Notes under the pieces: model-generated | What the model was told of the DNA's origin: nothing | The model's input: the letters and a program-made list of their open reading frames with translations, nothing else | Database searches by the model: none | Made by a program: the position numbers and the translations under genes | Assembly: GCA_016934395.1 (NCBI GenBank) | Contig: JAFGSZ010000057.1 | Location: 19,421 to 83,420 of the forward strand | Length of the DNA: 64,000 nucleotides | DNA from: Bacteroidales bacterium | GTDB lineage: Bacteria > Bacteroidota > Bacteroidia > Bacteroidales > UBA10428 | Direction of reading: 5' to 3' | Shown here: positions 62,271 to 64,000 of the stretch, one piece after another | How positions within the stretch are numbered: the first letter of the stretch is position 1 | Layout: the number at the start of each line of letters is the position of its first letter

Positions 62271-64000
62271 ATGGAAAAGGTAAAACTCACTATAGATAAT
62301 AAAACGGTTGAAGTGGAAAAGGGAACCACTATTTACAAAGCAGCTAAAACTATTGGTATTGATATTCCGGTGCTTTGTTATATGGATCTTGGAGACCTGA
62401 ATATAGAAAATAAACCCGGGGGATGCCGCATGTGTTCTGTTGAGGTGCAGGGAAGAAGAAATCTTGCCCCTTCATGTGCCACAGACGTTTTTGATGGAAT
62501 GGTAGTCAATACCCATTCTATGCGTGTGTTGAATGCCCGAAGAGTAGTTATGGAACTTATTCTTTCCGATCACCCGAAAGATTGCCTGGTATGCCCGAAA
62601 TCAGGAAATTGTGAATTGCAAAGCCTCGCCAATAAACTTGGAATACGTGAAATTCCCAACCAGGATATTGCTGAAATGTCTACCTATCGTAAGGATTTTT
62701 CACCAAGCATTATCCGCGATATGGACAAATGTATTATGTGCCGCAGGTGCGAGACTATGTGTAACGAATTTCAGACAGTAGGAGCGCTTTCAGCAGTTAA
62801 CCGTGGTTTTATGTCTGTGGTTGCCCCGGCATTTGAAATGGACCTTGAAGATTCCGTATGTACCTATTGCGGACAATGTGTGGCTGTTTGCCCAACCGGC
62901 GCCCTCACTGAAGTAAACCATACCAACAGGTTGATCCGCGACTTGTCGAATCCGAATAAAACCGTTATCGTTCAGACAGCTCCGGCTGTAAGGGCCGCAC
63001 TGGGTGAAGAATTCGGACATAAGCCCGGAACCCTGGTAACCGGAAAAATGGTTTCTGCACTCAAACAATTGGGATTTCACCATGTATTTGACACTGATTT
63101 TGCTGCCGATCTAACTATTATGGAAGAAGGTACCGAGTTGCTTAGCCGCCTGACCAGGCATTTAAATGGTGACAAAAGCGTTAAACTACCTATGTTAACA
63201 TCTTGTTGTCCGGGATGGGTTAACTTTTTTGAATCCCAGTTTACCGACATGCTAGATATTCCTTCAACCGCAAGGTCACCCCAACAAATGTTTGGTTCTA
63301 TAGCAAAGACTTATTTTGCAGATTTAATAAATATACCCCGCGAAGATCTGATTGTAGTATCTATAATGCCCTGCCTGGCTAAAAAATACGAATGTCAGCG
63401 CGATGAATTTAAAGTGGATGGAAACCCGGATGTAGATTATTCGATCTCTACAAGGGAACTTGCCCACCTTATTAAAAGAGCCAACATCGATTTTGATTCC
63501 CTTTCTGAAGAAGATTTTGATCAGCCACTGGGAGAGTCAACAGGAGCTGGTGTAATATTCGGTACTACAGGTGGCGTTATCGAAGCAGCTGTGCGAACAG
63601 CTTACGAATTGCATACAGGAAAAACCCTGCAGGATGTAGATTTTAAAGAACTCAGGGGAATGGATGGAATACGCCATGCCACCATAGATTTTGACGGGCA
63701 ACCCATAAATATTGGTATTGCCCACGGATTGGGAAAAGCAAGACAATTACTGGAAGGTATTCGTAACGGCACATCTGAATTTCACGCTATTGAAATTATG
63801 GCCTGCCCCGGTGGTTGTATTGGTGGCGGTGGTCAACCATTACATCATGGTAAATTTGAAATTCTGCAAAAACGCATGGAAGCCATTTACCAGGAAGACA
63901 AAAACAAACCGCTGCGTAAATCGCATGAAAATCCATATATTATAAAACTGTATGAGGAATTCCTGGGCAAACCGATGAGCGAAAAAGCCCATAAATTGTT
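62271..64000 (+). CDS. hydA: [FeFe] hydrogenase catalytic subunit HydA (group A, M3 architecture), 3' end truncated by the window
   Basis: My own translation from the ATG at 62271 gives 2Fe-2S (LCYM...GGCRMCSVEV), HPKDCLVCPKSGNCELQ, CIMCRRCETMC and CTYCGQCVAVCP. All three canonical H-cluster motifs are present: TSCCPGW, MPCLAKKYE and EIMACPGGCIGGGGQP. The frame stays open to base 64000. Confidence 0.93.
   Translation, partial: MEKVKLTIDNKTVEVEKGTTIYKAAKTIGIDIPVLCYMDLGDLNIENKPGGCRMCSVEVQGRRNLAPSCATDVFDGMVVNTHSMRVLNARRVVMELILSDHPKDCLVCPKSGNCELQSLANKLGIREIPNQDIAEMSTYRKDFSPSIIRDMDKCIMCRRCETMCNEFQTVGALSAVNRGFMSVVAPAFEMDLEDSVCTYCGQCVAVCPTGALTEVNHTNRLIRDLSNPNKTVIVQTAPAVRAALGEEFGHKPGTLVTGKMVSALKQLGFHHVFDTDFAADLTIMEEGTELLSRLTRHLNGDKSVKLPMLTSCCPGWVNFFESQFTDMLDIPSTARSPQQMFGSIAKTYFADLINIPREDLIVVSIMPCLAKKYECQRDEFKVDGNPDVDYSISTRELAHLIKRANIDFDSLSEEDFDQPLGESTGAGVIFGTTGGVIEAAVRTAYELHTGKTLQDVDFKELRGMDGIRHATIDFDGQPINIGIAHGLGKARQLLEGIRNGTSEFHAIEIMACPGGCIGGGGQPLHHGKFEILQKRMEAIYQEDKNKPLRKSHENPYIIKLYEEFLGKPMSEKAHKL

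Noticed and set aside
1-64000. Search for rRNA/tRNA genes, CRISPR arrays, transposases/integrases, toxin-antitoxin or phage-defence cassettes
   Set aside because: I found no T-loop/acceptor-like tRNA patterns in intergenic regions, no regularly spaced direct repeats, and no DDE/tyrosine-recombinase-like ORFs. All long ORFs are accounted for by the metabolic, transport and envelope genes listed.

Overview
AT-rich window, apparently from an anaerobic member of the Bacteroidota/FCB group. Support for that placement: three T9SS-type C-terminal sorting domains or signal peptides, a TonB-dependent receptor, TAnnTTTG-type promoter boxes and mostly weak Shine-Dalgarno sites. All identifications come from reading the translated ORFs for motifs I recognise; no database search was possible.

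Bases 1-17,300 are ordinary envelope and polysaccharide genes: an exported protein, a TonB-dependent receptor with YfiR, a T9SS trypsin-like protease, a GH26 mannanase, a GH9 glucanase, a SemiSWEET, a fused ABC-G type transporter, a lipoprotein and an MscS channel.

From about 17.4 kb to the window end almost every gene concerns hydrogen metabolism:
- The [FeFe] maturation set: an aspartase-like lyase overlapping hydF, then hydE; on the other strand a TM1266-type regulator with hydG.
- A soluble NAD-linked group-3d [NiFe] hydrogenase operon, hoxFUYH-hoxW, ending in a dihydroorotate-dehydrogenase-like gene.
- A 17-gene, 12.3 kb operon. It joins a sulfhydrogenase beta/gamma-type NAD(P)H module and a ferredoxin to a group-4 membrane [NiFe] hydrogenase core (NuoH/B/C/D/I-like), a complete MrpA-G-like antiporter set and a HycI-like protease.
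- Two Rex paralogs flanking alanine dehydrogenase.
- hypFCDE and hypAB.
- A putative H2-sensing signalling cassette (DRTGG, RsbW-like kinase, [FeFe]-hydrogenase-like sensor, DRTGG, PHP, GHKL ATPase), followed by a bifurcating-type [FeFe] hydrogenase (2Fe-2S protein, NuoF-like HydB, and HydA truncated by the window end).

Near-perfect Rex-type palindromes sit in front of the hox operon, the group-4 operon and the [FeFe] cassette.

The most unusual items:
- The NAD(P)H-module/Mrp/group-4 hydrogenase hybrid operon.
- A pair of unannotatable 10-Cys zinc-ribbon paralogs embedded in the [NiFe] gene sets.
- The sensory cassette.
- The aspartase-like gene translationally coupled to hydF.

No rRNA, tRNA, CRISPR array or transposase was seen.
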